Positions 1 to 9,699 of a stretch of DNA of 64,000 bases are shown piece by piece. Both the position numbers and the translations under genes were made by a program. How positions within the stretch are numbered: the first letter of the stretch is position 1; each line of letters starts with the position of its first letter. A model generated the notes under the pieces. It had not been told where the DNA came from. It searched no databases and saw nothing but the letters and a program-made list of their open reading frames with translations. This DNA is from Kiritimatiellia bacterium. Lineage in GTDB: Bacteria > Verrucomicrobiota > Kiritimatiellia > RFP12 > UBA1067. The stretch is taken from positions 1,536,001 through 1,600,000 of the forward strand of contig JBMNFY010000017.1 of assembly GCA_050949565.1 (NCBI GenBank), in the 5' to 3' direction.

Positions 1-225
1 GCATGAGCGCTCCAACGCAGATGGGAACCATACTGAAACACCGCGACCGGCACAAGTCGATTGTTTGTGCAGAAGTTCTCTGACAAGCAGTCAACTTTCG
101 CCCTTGTCCTGTTCCCGTCTGTGTGACACAATACAGCAAGCTATCATTGTACTGTGTATTAACCTGACTTAGCAGTGGGCGACGTGTCGACTGCCGGTCG
201 GAGGAAGAAGGGAAGGACCAACACA

Positions 226-1404
226 ATGGCAAGAATTACGATTCCGGTTGAAGAGTTTAAACAGCGCGTTGCGAATGCGGCGAAACTCGTCCAAGCTAAG
301 GGCCTCGACGTTCTGGTCGTCAACGGCTCCGAGGCGGACTACGCTGACACACGCTACTTCTCAAACTTCTGGCCTGTTTTCGAGCGCGTCGGTGTCGCGA
401 TTGCAGCAAACGGCGAGGCGGCGCTCATGGTCGGCCCCGAATCAGAGGTCTTTGCTGACGATTTCAGTTGGATGGATCGCATCTGCGTCGTCTATCAGTA
501 CCGCGAGAGCGCGAACCCCGCATACCCTGAGCTGAAGAGCGAGTCTTTCAAGGATGTTTTCAAGCGGCTCGGCGTGACCGGCGACAACATCAAGATCGGC
601 GTCGCCGCCAAACTCAACACGAACGTCGTCCAGTACGAAGGCATTCGCGAGTGCTATCCGAAGGCCGAGATTATTTGGGCGGATGACATCATGCTCACCC
701 TGCGCCGCATCAAGTCCGACAACGAAATCGCCTGCATCCGCGAGGCCGCCCGCATCACCGAGCTGGCGACTCACGCCGTGATGAAGGAGCTGCGGCCCGG
801 GAAGACCGAGCTTGAACTCGTCGGCGTCGCGCAGAAGTGCATCTACGAGAACGGCGCTGAGTACGAAGGGCTGCCGATGTACTGCTTCTCCGAGAAGTCG
901 ACGCGCCACGCGATCTCCCGCTCGAGCTACAAGAAGATCGAAGAGGGCGATATCGTGCAGCTCAACCTCTCCGCGAAGGTGTGCGGCTACTCGCCGTCGA
1001 TCGGCCTGCCGGTCTGCTGCGGCAAGCTGACGCCTGAGAAGCGCGAGCTGGTGCAGTTCGGCCTCGACGCCCACTACTGGACGGAAGAGCATTTGAAGCC
1101 CGGCGTTCCCGCATCTGAAATCGCCAAGGGCTTCATCAAGTTCTACGAGGAGCGCGGCAAGCGCGCCAACTACTTCTACGGCCCGTGCCACGGCACCGGT
1201 CTCATCGAGGTCGAGGCGCCTTGGATGGAGACCAGCTCTGATTACGTGCTGGAGCCGAACATGACGTTCCAGATCGATACGTTCGTGACCTCGCCGACGT
1301 TCGGACTCCGCTGGGAGAAGCCGGTCGCGATCACGAAGGACGGCTGCGTCAACCTCGCGCCGTCACAGATCGGCACCAATGGCCCGATCGAAGTATGTAA
1401 CTGA
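226..1404 (+). CDS. M24 (pita-bread fold) peptidase/creatinase-like hydrolase
   Basis: Creatinase-type N-domain, IKSxxEI linker, HGTGL and RWE motifs. ATG 226 follows GGAAGGA. Confidence 0.85.
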   Translation: MARITIPVEEFKQRVANAAKLVQAKGLDVLVVNGSEADYADTRYFSNFWPVFERVGVAIAANGEAALMVGPESEVFADDFSWMDRICVVYQYRESANPAYPELKSESFKDVFKRLGVTGDNIKIGVAAKLNTNVVQYEGIRECYPKAEIIWADDIMLTLRRIKSDNEIACIREAARITELATHAVMKELRPGKTELELVGVAQKCIYENGAEYEGLPMYCFSEKSTRHAISRSSYKKIEEGDIVQLNLSAKVCGYSPSIGLPVCCGKLTPEKRELVQFGLDAHYWTEEHLKPGVPASEIAKGFIKFYEERGKRANYFYGPCHGTGLIEVEAPWMETSSDYVLEPNMTFQIDTFVTSPTFGLRWEKPVAITKDGCVNLAPSQIGTNGPIEVCN

Positions 1405-1500
1405 CAAAACAAGTCGTTTCTCACACGAAGACACGAAGGGCACGAAGGAAAATGGATTGTCCTGAAAAACCATTGTGTCCTTTGTGCCTTTGTGTGAGAT
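1405..1500. repeat. ~95-bp palindromic element with 9-bp-periodic arms (second copy at 19150-19246)
   Basis: TCTCACACGAAGACACGAAGGGCACGAAGG ... TGTGTCCTTTGTGCCTTTGTGTGAGA; near-identical to the copy at 19150. Confidence 0.85.
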
Positions 1501-1540
1501 AAAATTTTGCAGGCTTTGCCTGCATCTGGAGGTTAAGAAC

Positions 1541-2281
1541 ATGCGTTATGAATTGATGCGTCCGTCACAGATCCGGGAAGCGATTGAAAAGCGCACCCCG
1601 GTCGTGCTACCCTTGGGTGTACTTGAGTATCATGCCGAACATCTTCCCGTCGGCATGGACACGCTGGCTGTTGAGCGCGCGCTCTATGAGTACGAGAAGA
1701 TTGCGGAAATTGTCATCCTCCCCAGCTTCTACTGGGGAGCCTCCTCGCGGGCTGTCGCGCCGTGCGAAGGCCGCGGCTCCATCCCTGTCAATTCGCAGGC
1801 GTTGGTGCCGATCGCGCGGGAGATCTTCCGCGGGCTGCTCGACGTCGGGTTCCGCAACATCCACACGATCATCCACCACCAATCAGAGGACTTCAACGCC
1901 GGCATGCCGACGGACCTCGCGTTCCGTCTCGCATCCCGTCAGGTGATCATGGAGTTCCTCGAAGAGAAGCGGGGCGATGGCTGGTGGGGCGATCCCTCAA
2001 GCGCGTCGTACTATGACGATCACGACAACCTGGACGCGAATCCGTTCATCTGGATCCAGAACCATGCGCTCATGGATGCAGAAGTGCTTGCAAAATATCC
2101 GTTCGACCACGCCGGAGAAGGCGAGACCTCGCTCATGATGTCTCTCTGCCCCGACACCGTCAACATGGATGAGTTTGACAAGTCCGCCTGGTATGCGGAA
2201 ACCGCTCTCAAGGCATCCAAGGAAACCGGTGACAATGGCGTCAAGATGATCCTCGATCACTTCCGCCGCATCTTAAAGTGA
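1541..2281 (+). CDS. creatininase-family amidohydrolase
   Basis: LPLGVLEYHAEHLPVGMD and DHAGEGETS metal motifs; GGAGG RBS before ATG 1541. Confidence 0.85.
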   Translation: MRYELMRPSQIREAIEKRTPVVLPLGVLEYHAEHLPVGMDTLAVERALYEYEKIAEIVILPSFYWGASSRAVAPCEGRGSIPVNSQALVPIAREIFRGLLDVGFRNIHTIIHHQSEDFNAGMPTDLAFRLASRQVIMEFLEEKRGDGWWGDPSSASYYDDHDNLDANPFIWIQNHALMDAEVLAKYPFDHAGEGETSLMMSLCPDTVNMDEFDKSAWYAETALKASKETGDNGVKMILDHFRRILK

Positions 2282-2292
2282 GTGTCTGAAAT

Positions 2293-3324
2293 ATGAAAAT
2301 TCACCTTCGTAACGAGTTTTTTTCCGAGGTGAAGCGCACGCTTGTCGAGAGCGGAGAGTTCAAGGCCGAAACCTTCCGCTACTCGACCGGCGTCGATGCG
2401 CTTAAAGTGTCCAACTCGCGCGGATCGTTCACGATCCTGCCCTTCATGGGGCAGATGATCTGGCGCTGCGACTTCGACGGACGTGAACTCACCATGAAGT
2501 CCATATACGCGGAGCCCAAGGACTGCGTCACGTGCTTCAACGAGTCGTACGGCTGCTTCATGATGCACTGCGGGCTCACCGCGATCGGCAACCCGACTGC
2601 GGAAGACACGCACGTCGGCCACGCGGAGCTGCCGATCATCCGCTACAAAGAGGCGTACATCGAGTTCGGCAATGACGAACTTGGCGAGTACGTCGCTGTC
2701 GGCGGTACGGCATATCATGACATGTGCTTCACCTACAACTACGCGTTCTCGCCGCGCGTTGTTCTCCGCAAGGGAGCTGCGAAACTTGATATCATCGTGA
2801 CGGCAAAGAACCTCAAGGATCTGCCGCTGGAGTACTATTACCTCTGTCACATCAACTACCGTCCGGTCAACGGCTCGAAGATCGTCGAATCTCCGCTTGC
2901 GAAAAAGCCGATCATCAACCACGAAGTGCCGGCGGACTATCACAAGCCGTGGGCAGACGCAACGAACAAGTGGCTGGCCGTGCTGGACAAGGACTACAAG
3001 GCGCAGTCTATCGTCGGCGCGAAAGGCGAGTCCTACAAGCCGGAAATCGTGAACTGCTACTTCCACAAGCCCGACAAGGACGGCTGGGCGTTCGTGAAGC
3101 AGGTGTATCCGAAAGGCGGCGGCGTGTTCGTGCGTTACCGTCCGGAGGAACTCCCCTACGCGACGCGCTGGATTGCGCGTACGAAGGATGAGGACGCGAT
3201 GGGCATGTGCCTCCCGGCAACGGCGGAGCACAAGGGACGGCTCTGCTGCCGCGCGAACAACCAGCAGCGCACCCTCGCGCCCGGCGAGTCAGTTACATTC
3301 CATGTTGAGACGGGAATACTTTAA
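2293..3324 (+). CDS. DUF4432 aldose-1-epimerase-like protein, DeoM (deoxyribose mutarotase)-like
   Basis: FRYSTGVDALKVSNSRG, LPFMGQMIW, YGCFMMHCG, CHINY and LPATAE resemble enterobacterial DeoM as recalled. Confidence 0.8.
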   Translation: MKIHLRNEFFSEVKRTLVESGEFKAETFRYSTGVDALKVSNSRGSFTILPFMGQMIWRCDFDGRELTMKSIYAEPKDCVTCFNESYGCFMMHCGLTAIGNPTAEDTHVGHAELPIIRYKEAYIEFGNDELGEYVAVGGTAYHDMCFTYNYAFSPRVVLRKGAAKLDIIVTAKNLKDLPLEYYYLCHINYRPVNGSKIVESPLAKKPIINHEVPADYHKPWADATNKWLAVLDKDYKAQSIVGAKGESYKPEIVNCYFHKPDKDGWAFVKQVYPKGGGVFVRYRPEELPYATRWIARTKDEDAMGMCLPATAEHKGRLCCRANNQQRTLAPGESVTFHVETGIL

Positions 3325-3326
3325 TC

Positions 3327-5504
3327 ATGAAAAAAACCTGTGTCGTTCTTGCCGTGGCAGCGTTCGCCGCCATCGGCGCCTTTGCTGATGTCGTCATCGA
3401 GAACCCCCGCTTCCGCTTTGTCCTTGGTGACGACGCCAAGGCGAAGTCGCTCGTCCTCAAAGCGACGGGCGAGGAGCTTCTCGATCTGAACGAGGATCTC
3501 AGGGCCTTCGCGGTCATCCAGAACCGTCCGTTCAACAACGAGGTGAAGCTCACATTCCCGAACAAACGCACCGAGTACCGCGCGGATCGCGTACGTCGCG
3601 TGGGCGATTTCCTCTACATCGGCTTTGAACTCATCTCCTACGAGGCACAGCTCAAAGTCACCGAGGCCGCCGATTATGTGACGTTCGAGCTTGTGGACTT
3701 CCCGCTCGGCCCGAGGGGATCGAACGGGCTCAAGATGACCTACCCGCCGGTGGACGTCATGAAGATCTTGGATCTGCCGGTCAAGAACCGCACATACTTC
3801 GGCGGCTGGCTCAACGTCAGTTGGGACGATGCTGCGGCGGTCGCGGTTGTCGCCGCCGAACCGTACACCTGGATCGACAACTCACGACGCCACGGCTTCC
3901 GGCTGATGACCGCCGAAGCCCACCGCAACCTGAAACTGCGCGGCGCGAAAACAGCGCTGGTCGTTGCTGCAACGGGCAACTTCATGGATGCCATGGATGC
4001 CTTTGAGCGCGATCTGGGGCTTCCCCGCGGCGTCCAAAGCCGCCGCTCGCAGGAAATCAAGTCGTCGATCTACTGGAGTTCCGGCGTGCGGCCGTCCACG
4101 GTCGACCGGCACCTCGCCTACGCGAAACAGGGCGGCTTCCGCAACATGCTGATTTATTATCCCGCGATCTGCAAGGGCGCCAAGGGCGACGGCGGTTACG
4201 GCGGCATCGCCGACTACGAGTTGCTGGACGAGTACGTGAACGGTTACGATTCGCTCAAAGAGATGCTGGCAAAAATCAAGGCGGCGGGCATCACGCCGGG
4301 ACTGCACGTTTTGCAAACCTTTATCGGTTTCAAGACGCGTTATGTCACGCCTGTCGCCGATCCGCGGCTCAACCTGACGACGCATTTCACGCTGGCGAAA
4401 TCCCTCGGCAAAGAGGACGGCGATGTCTGGGTGCATGAAGATCCGTCGAATTGCCCGACCAACGAAGCGAGCCGCATCCTCGCCTTTGGCGGGGAACTCA
4501 TAAGCTACGAGGGATTCACAACCGAGCGCCCCTACAAGTTCACCGGCGTGAAGCGTGGTGCAAAGGAAACAACCATCGTCGAGCATCCGAACGGACAGAT
4601 CGGCGGTATTCTCGATGTCTGCGAGTTCGGCGGTGTAAGCTGTTACATTGACCAGAACACCGACCTGCAAGATGAGGTCGCAGAAAAGATCGCAAAAATC
4701 TATAATTGCGGTTTCGAGTTCATGTACTGCGACGGCTCGGAGGGCGTCAACGTTCCTCAGGGCATCCACGTCCCCAACGCCCAATACCGCGTTTGGAAAA
4801 AGTTCGACAAGAAGCCGCTCTTTATGGAGGGCGCAGCCAAGGCGCACTTCGGCTGGCATCACCTGAGCGGCGCGAATGCCTTCGACGTTTTCCCGCCAGA
4901 AATTTTTAAGGATATGATTGTCCGTTGGCCGCTTTACGCCGCTCCGATCATGCGGCAAGATTTCAGCCGACTCAATTTCGGTTGGTGGGGCATATACCAG
5001 CCGTCGGATAAATCTGTCGGCACGCAGCCTGACATGTGGGAGTTCGGCACGTCAAAGGGCGCGGCTTGGGATTGTCCCGCAACGATCCAGTTCAACTTGC
5101 CGGCCCTCGAAAAGCACCCGCGCATGGCGGATCTTCTGGAGGTCATGCGCCGCTGGGAGGATGTCCGTGCGAAGAAGTGGCTCACCGATGCGCAGCGGGA
5201 AGCGCTCAAGGATCCGAAACGCGAGTTCCACCTGTATCTTGATGACAAGGGCGCGTACACGCTTTACGAGATCGAGATGCTTCCGGCCAGCGCTGAGGCG
5301 AAATTGTTGCGCGGGTTTGTCTTCGAGCGTGACGGCAAGCGCGTCGTCGCCTACTGGCATACGCGCGGCGAAGGCGAGTTCACGTTGGACTGGGCCGGTC
5401 CGAAAACGCTCAAGGCAGACAAGATGCGCTATCTTGAAACACCCATGACAAAAGCCGAGATCGCCAAAGCTTTCTCGACGGCTAAGGAAGGCGGCACAAA
5501 ATGA
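3327..5504 (+). CDS. secreted hypothetical protein, possibly a TIM-barrel glycoside hydrolase
   Basis: Signal peptide (..GAFA), 725 aa, MYCDGSEG segment, operon context. The product call is tentative. Confidence 0.6.
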   Translation: MKKTCVVLAVAAFAAIGAFADVVIENPRFRFVLGDDAKAKSLVLKATGEELLDLNEDLRAFAVIQNRPFNNEVKLTFPNKRTEYRADRVRRVGDFLYIGFELISYEAQLKVTEAADYVTFELVDFPLGPRGSNGLKMTYPPVDVMKILDLPVKNRTYFGGWLNVSWDDAAAVAVVAAEPYTWIDNSRRHGFRLMTAEAHRNLKLRGAKTALVVAATGNFMDAMDAFERDLGLPRGVQSRRSQEIKSSIYWSSGVRPSTVDRHLAYAKQGGFRNMLIYYPAICKGAKGDGGYGGIADYELLDEYVNGYDSLKEMLAKIKAAGITPGLHVLQTFIGFKTRYVTPVADPRLNLTTHFTLAKSLGKEDGDVWVHEDPSNCPTNEASRILAFGGELISYEGFTTERPYKFTGVKRGAKETTIVEHPNGQIGGILDVCEFGGVSCYIDQNTDLQDEVAEKIAKIYNCGFEFMYCDGSEGVNVPQGIHVPNAQYRVWKKFDKKPLFMEGAAKAHFGWHHLSGANAFDVFPPEIFKDMIVRWPLYAAPIMRQDFSRLNFGWWGIYQPSDKSVGTQPDMWEFGTSKGAAWDCPATIQFNLPALEKHPRMADLLEVMRRWEDVRAKKWLTDAQREALKDPKREFHLYLDDKGAYTLYEIEMLPASAEAKLLRGFVFERDGKRVVAYWHTRGEGEFTLDWAGPKTLKADKMRYLETPMTKAEIAKAFSTAKEGGTK

Positions 5505-6523
5505 ATCCAATACTCGGCATGCTTATCTTCACCTGCGGCGGTCTCGCGGGTGCGACGTTTCTGCTGCCCGCCCGCTATGTGAAGGGGTGGGCGTATGAAT
5601 CGTGGTGGTTCGTATACGTCTTTATCGGACTGATCATCTGTCCGCCGGTGATCTGCACTTTCACCGTTCCCGACTTCTGGAACGTCGTCATGTCAGCCCC
5701 GAAAGCGGTGCTGCTGCGCTGCGCTGGCTTCGGTATGATGTGGGGCGTCGGCGCGCTGGCTTGGGGGCTCATGGTGCGCTACCTCGGCATCGGGCTCGGG
5801 CTGGCGATCGGCTGCGGCCTCTGTGCCGCCACCGGAACGCTCATCCCGCCGATCGCGACCGGTCACGCCGCCGATCTTGTCAAAGACGCTGCGGCGCTTA
5901 CGGTGCTCGGCGGTGTGTTCGGCTCTCTGGCCGGCATTGTCTTTGTCGGTCTCGCGGGCAAGCTCAAAGAAGACGAGCTGCCCGAAGAGGAGAAAAAGAA
6001 GGCGGTCATGGAGTTCGACTTCAAGAAGGGCATTATCACCGCGATCATCGCGGGCATCTTCTCCGCAGGGATGAACTTCGGCCTGCAGGGCGCGGGCGTG
6101 ATCGAAGAAGCCGCAGTCAAGGCGGGGGCGAACCCCTGCTGGCGCGGCATGCCGGTCATTATGGTCGTACTCTGGGGCGGGTTCATCGTCGAAGCGGCGT
6201 GGTGCTTCCAGCAGAACTGGAAGAACAAGACCTTCGGCGACTATGCGAAGCCTTCGCTCCGCAACATCCTCCTCTGCGCGGCGATCGGGATCATCTGGGT
6301 CATGCAGTTCGTCTGCACCAAAGCCGGCGAGCCCCTGATGGGCGACCTCAAGTACATCTCCTTCGCGATCATGATGGCTTCGACGATCCTCTTTTCCACG
6401 ATCATCGGCGTGATGACGGGCGAATGGAAAGGAACAAGCACCAAGACCAAAGCCTATCTCGCATTCGGCACGGCGATACTCGTCGTCTCCTTCTGCGTGA
6501 TCTCCTTCGCCTCCAAACCTTGA
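5501..6523 (+). CDS. rhaT: L-rhamnose/H+ symporter (RhaT family)
   Basis: About 10 TM helices; VKGWAYESWW, RYLGIGLG, EFDFKKG and GEWKG motifs; ATGA overlap with the upstream gene. Confidence 0.85.
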   Translation: MNPILGMLIFTCGGLAGATFLLPARYVKGWAYESWWFVYVFIGLIICPPVICTFTVPDFWNVVMSAPKAVLLRCAGFGMMWGVGALAWGLMVRYLGIGLGLAIGCGLCAATGTLIPPIATGHAADLVKDAAALTVLGGVFGSLAGIVFVGLAGKLKEDELPEEEKKKAVMEFDFKKGIITAIIAGIFSAGMNFGLQGAGVIEEAAVKAGANPCWRGMPVIMVVLWGGFIVEAAWCFQQNWKNKTFGDYAKPSLRNILLCAAIGIIWVMQFVCTKAGEPLMGDLKYISFAIMMASTILFSTIIGVMTGEWKGTSTKTKAYLAFGTAILVVSFCVISFASKP

Positions 6524-7680
6524 TGAAAATTCACAACGTCTTTATTTTGGGGCTGGCCGTCGCCGTTTCGTTGACGCTGAAGGCAGCTTCTCCTGTTGAC
6601 CTCTCTCCTATCAAGGAACTGTTGTCTATTCCATCCGTATCCGCCGATGTCGCTGCAAACGATAAGGCGATAGATTGGATGAGGGGGTATCTCGAAAGCC
6701 GTGGCGTCTGGTGCGTTGTCGAGACGTTCCCGAAGGATGGGCGCAAGATCCTGTACGCCGCAACAAAACCCGGTCTGAAGGCCCCAGACTATGTTCTCGT
6801 CACCCATCTTGACGTCGTTGCGCCGGCATCGCCGGCGCAATTCGTACCTGTGGAGCGCGAGGGGCATCTCTATGCGCGTGGCGCCTGTGATACAAAAGTC
6901 AACGCCTTTTGCGGTGCCGAGGCGCTGATTCGACTGAACGGACGCGCGTCCGTCGGCTGCGTGTTCGCGTCAGACGAGGAAATCGGCGGTAATACGACCA
7001 AGCACATGGTTTCGCTTGGTTACGGACATCCCCAAAAAGCAGTCGTCGTCCTGGATGCAGGTTCGATGAGTCCGGACATACGGTACGCCTGTAAAGGGAA
7101 CGCCTATTACAAGGTCACGGCGACTGGGAGGTCGGGGCATTCGGCCAGACCGGAGGCGTGTGATAATCCGATTTATAAGTTGGCCGAGGCCGCGATGAAA
7201 ATCCGTGACGCCTATCCGCACCAGAAGCCGGGTGAGTATGGCAACGTCGCCTCGGTCACGATCATCGGAGGCGGCGATTCGCAGAACCGCATTCCCGAAA
7301 CGGCGTCAATGACCGTCAACGTGCGGTTCGTGTCCGGCGGGCTAGAAGATCAGCGGGCGCTTGTCGAGCGCATAACGGGGCTGAAGACGGAGTTGATTCG
7401 CGGGACGGATGCCGCTATCAGCCGACCGGACGATCCGGAAATCCTGCGCATGCAGCGCCTTATGAAGGCGGCCTATCCCGAACGTGCGTGCGACATCGTC
7501 AGGGGTCTGGGTGCGAACGATTCGCGCTACTTCCCGCAGTTCGGGAAGCCGATGATGACCGTATCAATGGATCACGATGGCGGCCACACCGACAACGAGT
7601 GGTGCAGCGTGCGAGACATCCCCCGCTTCATCGGACTCTTGATGGCATATCTGGCACCGCCAGATGTCATCGGGAAGTAA
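6523..7680 (+). CDS. M20 family metallo-amidohydrolase (ArgE/DapE-like) with signal peptide
   Basis: THLDVV, ARGACDTK, DEEIGG, GHSARP and HTDNE motifs; TGATG coupling at 6521-6525. Confidence 0.85.
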   Translation: MKIHNVFILGLAVAVSLTLKAASPVDLSPIKELLSIPSVSADVAANDKAIDWMRGYLESRGVWCVVETFPKDGRKILYAATKPGLKAPDYVLVTHLDVVAPASPAQFVPVEREGHLYARGACDTKVNAFCGAEALIRLNGRASVGCVFASDEEIGGNTTKHMVSLGYGHPQKAVVVLDAGSMSPDIRYACKGNAYYKVTATGRSGHSARPEACDNPIYKLAEAAMKIRDAYPHQKPGEYGNVASVTIIGGGDSQNRIPETASMTVNVRFVSGGLEDQRALVERITGLKTELIRGTDAAISRPDDPEILRMQRLMKAAYPERACDIVRGLGANDSRYFPQFGKPMMTVSMDHDGGHTDNEWCSVRDIPRFIGLLMAYLAPPDVIGK

Positions 7681-7696
7681 AGGAAGCCCCTTTGAA

Positions 7697-7868
7697 CCTA
7701 AAAAGAGCAGTTGAACCTTCAACGCTCTTTGGTTTCTGGTTTCAGGGTTTCTGGTTTCAGGGTTTCATCCAAATCGGGATCGGGATCGCTATCGGGATCG
7801 ATTGTTTAACCACGGAATACACTAAACACACGGAAACAGAGCCATGCCTTTCCGTGTGTTCGGTGTGA
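7697..7868 (-). mobile_element. one-ended (truncated) copy of the MITE at 29006-29288, with nested 7-, 6- and 9-bp periodic tracts
   Basis: Starts CCTAAAAAGAGCAGTTGAACCTTCAAC, the reverse complement of the right end of the 29 kb element. Confidence 0.8.
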
Positions 7869-7904
7869 GAAAAACCCGAACCATGCCCCTTGCGTTCTCT
7901 GCGG

Positions 7905-9512
7905 CTATTCTGCGGCAATCTCGAAACTGCGGATCGAATTGCGCCGCCAGAAATCTGTGAATGCCTTTTGAAACTTCGTCATGTCGATGTTTTCGAAAGC
8001 TGTTTCCGTGGCGGTGGCAGCGTTCTTTGTGGCGGCCAAACTGTTCAGGTATGCGTCGAGAATACCGGCGTAGGCATCCAGTTTTTCCTCTGGAACGCCT
8101 CGGCGCAAGAAGTAGATTAGAGCCCAAGCGGTAGTGTAGTTGAGCGTGCGTTGTTCCTTAGAGCTTTTGTAGAAGTCGTTATACTCGTATTTAAGCAGTT
8201 TCGGTATCAACGCCGCCGCAGCATCCAGATTGCGTCCCAGATGATTGGCGCGCGAGTTCTCGGATATCGTGATGCGTCCCCGGCTGCCAACTTGAGCGGC
8301 TTCGAAGAAACAGGCATGCCCTTCGTTGTACCACACAGCGTTGGGGATCATGTTGCAGGCATAGAAGAGGTATTGGTGGAAGCTTTCGTGCGTGATGACG
8401 CGCATGGTCTGCTCGCGCTCTTTGTCTTGCGCAAGGATCACCAGCTCGCGCCGTGTCGGTATCCAAAACCCGACACTCCACTCATTGTCTTGGCCCACGT
8501 ACTGTTTGTACGCTTCCGACTCTTGATAGATGCGTACGACGCTGACGTCGGTGTTGTCGGTGAACGGCGGTATCAGACTCATAAAAGCGCTGCGCAGCAC
8601 CGGCATGTTCTTTTGCAGATCGCGCACCAGAGCCTTGCCCCCGGCACTGCGTATATCCGAAAGAAAGATATATTCGGGCGTCTCGGCATACCACCACCCT
8701 TTCATGTTGGCGATGCTTTTACGCGCGGCTGTTCGGCTGGGATGTTCCGGTATGTTCGCCGCAGACGGAACGGACGGTTTGTTCTCTGTTCCCGTGACGG
8801 GCAGGCTTGACCTCGGCAAAGCCGTAACGTTTATCAGGAACTGCGTTTCAAAATCTTTGCGGACCTTACTTTCCGGAGTGTCGTCACCAATCTTGATCAC
8901 AACGCAGAACCATTCCGACGGCACGGTCTTGCCGTTCGGCAGGCGGGACTTGGCGCGAAAGGCGTAAACCAAGGCAGCGGATTCCTCCACCGGAAAAAAC
9001 AGCGCGTGGGTCAAGTTGAATCCGGTGCGCAGGTTCTCTGGCTGAAGCGGGGTACAGCCGGAAAAATCTTTGACCCACGTCATCAGGGATGCGTTGTTCT
9101 CAGGATCGAACTCCGTGGCCGGGTCGGTCATCGCCGTTTCGAAATCTTCACGCGGGACATGCTTTGTATTCGTTTCGATGTGCGGCAACAGACGCGAGGC
9201 CCGCCCGAAGATCATCACGTTTCCCGCGTTATCGCGCCATTGTCCGACATTTTGCGTGGCGTACCAAAGCTCGTACGCATCGAACCTGTCTTGCTTGTAA
9301 CTCTCGCCGTCACGCGTGAACGTATAGGTGTAGGTCTTGTGCGTGGGTAGCGGTTCCGGCACCGACCCACCGAGCACACGCATCCGCAAGCCGATCTCAG
9401 GATAGTTTTTGTCAGCACGGAATGAAGGCGCCGACAGTACTGGTATCGCCACTACCGATGCCAACAAGAGCATGTAAACCAAGCGCGTAAAAAACTGATC
9501 GTAAACAAGCAT
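7905..9512 (-). CDS. secreted gluzincin-like metallopeptidase (DUF1570/peptidase MA-like)
   Basis: THESFHQY (HExxH) followed by WYNEG; GAGGTG RBS before ATG 9512. Confidence 0.7.
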   Translation of the reverse strand: MLVYDQFFTRLVYMLLLASVVAIPVLSAPSFRADKNYPEIGLRMRVLGGSVPEPLPTHKTYTYTFTRDGESYKQDRFDAYELWYATQNVGQWRDNAGNVMIFGRASRLLPHIETNTKHVPREDFETAMTDPATEFDPENNASLMTWVKDFSGCTPLQPENLRTGFNLTHALFFPVEESAALVYAFRAKSRLPNGKTVPSEWFCVVIKIGDDTPESKVRKDFETQFLINVTALPRSSLPVTGTENKPSVPSAANIPEHPSRTAARKSIANMKGWWYAETPEYIFLSDIRSAGGKALVRDLQKNMPVLRSAFMSLIPPFTDNTDVSVVRIYQESEAYKQYVGQDNEWSVGFWIPTRRELVILAQDKEREQTMRVITHESFHQYLFYACNMIPNAVWYNEGHACFFEAAQVGSRGRITISENSRANHLGRNLDAAAALIPKLLKYEYNDFYKSSKEQRTLNYTTAWALIYFLRRGVPEEKLDAYAGILDAYLNSLAATKNAATATETAFENIDMTKFQKAFTDFWRRNSIRSFEIAAE

Positions 9513-9534
9513 GATGCACCTCGCCTTTTGTTGA

Positions 9535-9635
9535 AAGTCTTTTGCAAAATCCCTTGCTTGCAGGTGTGGTACGGGCATCTTGCCCGTGTTTCATGGGCGA
9601 GACGCCCATGCCACGAGGGGTTGTGCAAGAGCCTT
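9535..9635. repeat. REPIN/MITE-like palindromic element, copy 1
   Basis: Core GTGGTACGGGCATCTTGCCCGTG..CATGGGCGAGACGCCCATGCCAC between TTTTGCAAAA and TGCAAGAGCCT ends. Confidence 0.85.
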
Positions 9636-9699
9636 GTCGTGGAACGCCCGTAATAATAAGAACCTTCCGCCGGAGAAACCATCAAAAAGAGAATCTGAA

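Noticed and set aside
50-70. Palindrome GCACAA-N9-TTGTGC as an operator
   Set aside because: Plausible, but it is a single site and no regulator gene is visible in the window to support it.
5602-6522. 692-aa ORF as a fusion protein
   Set aside because: The N-terminal part is an off-frame shadow of rhaT; the M20 gene starts at the coupled ATG 6523.
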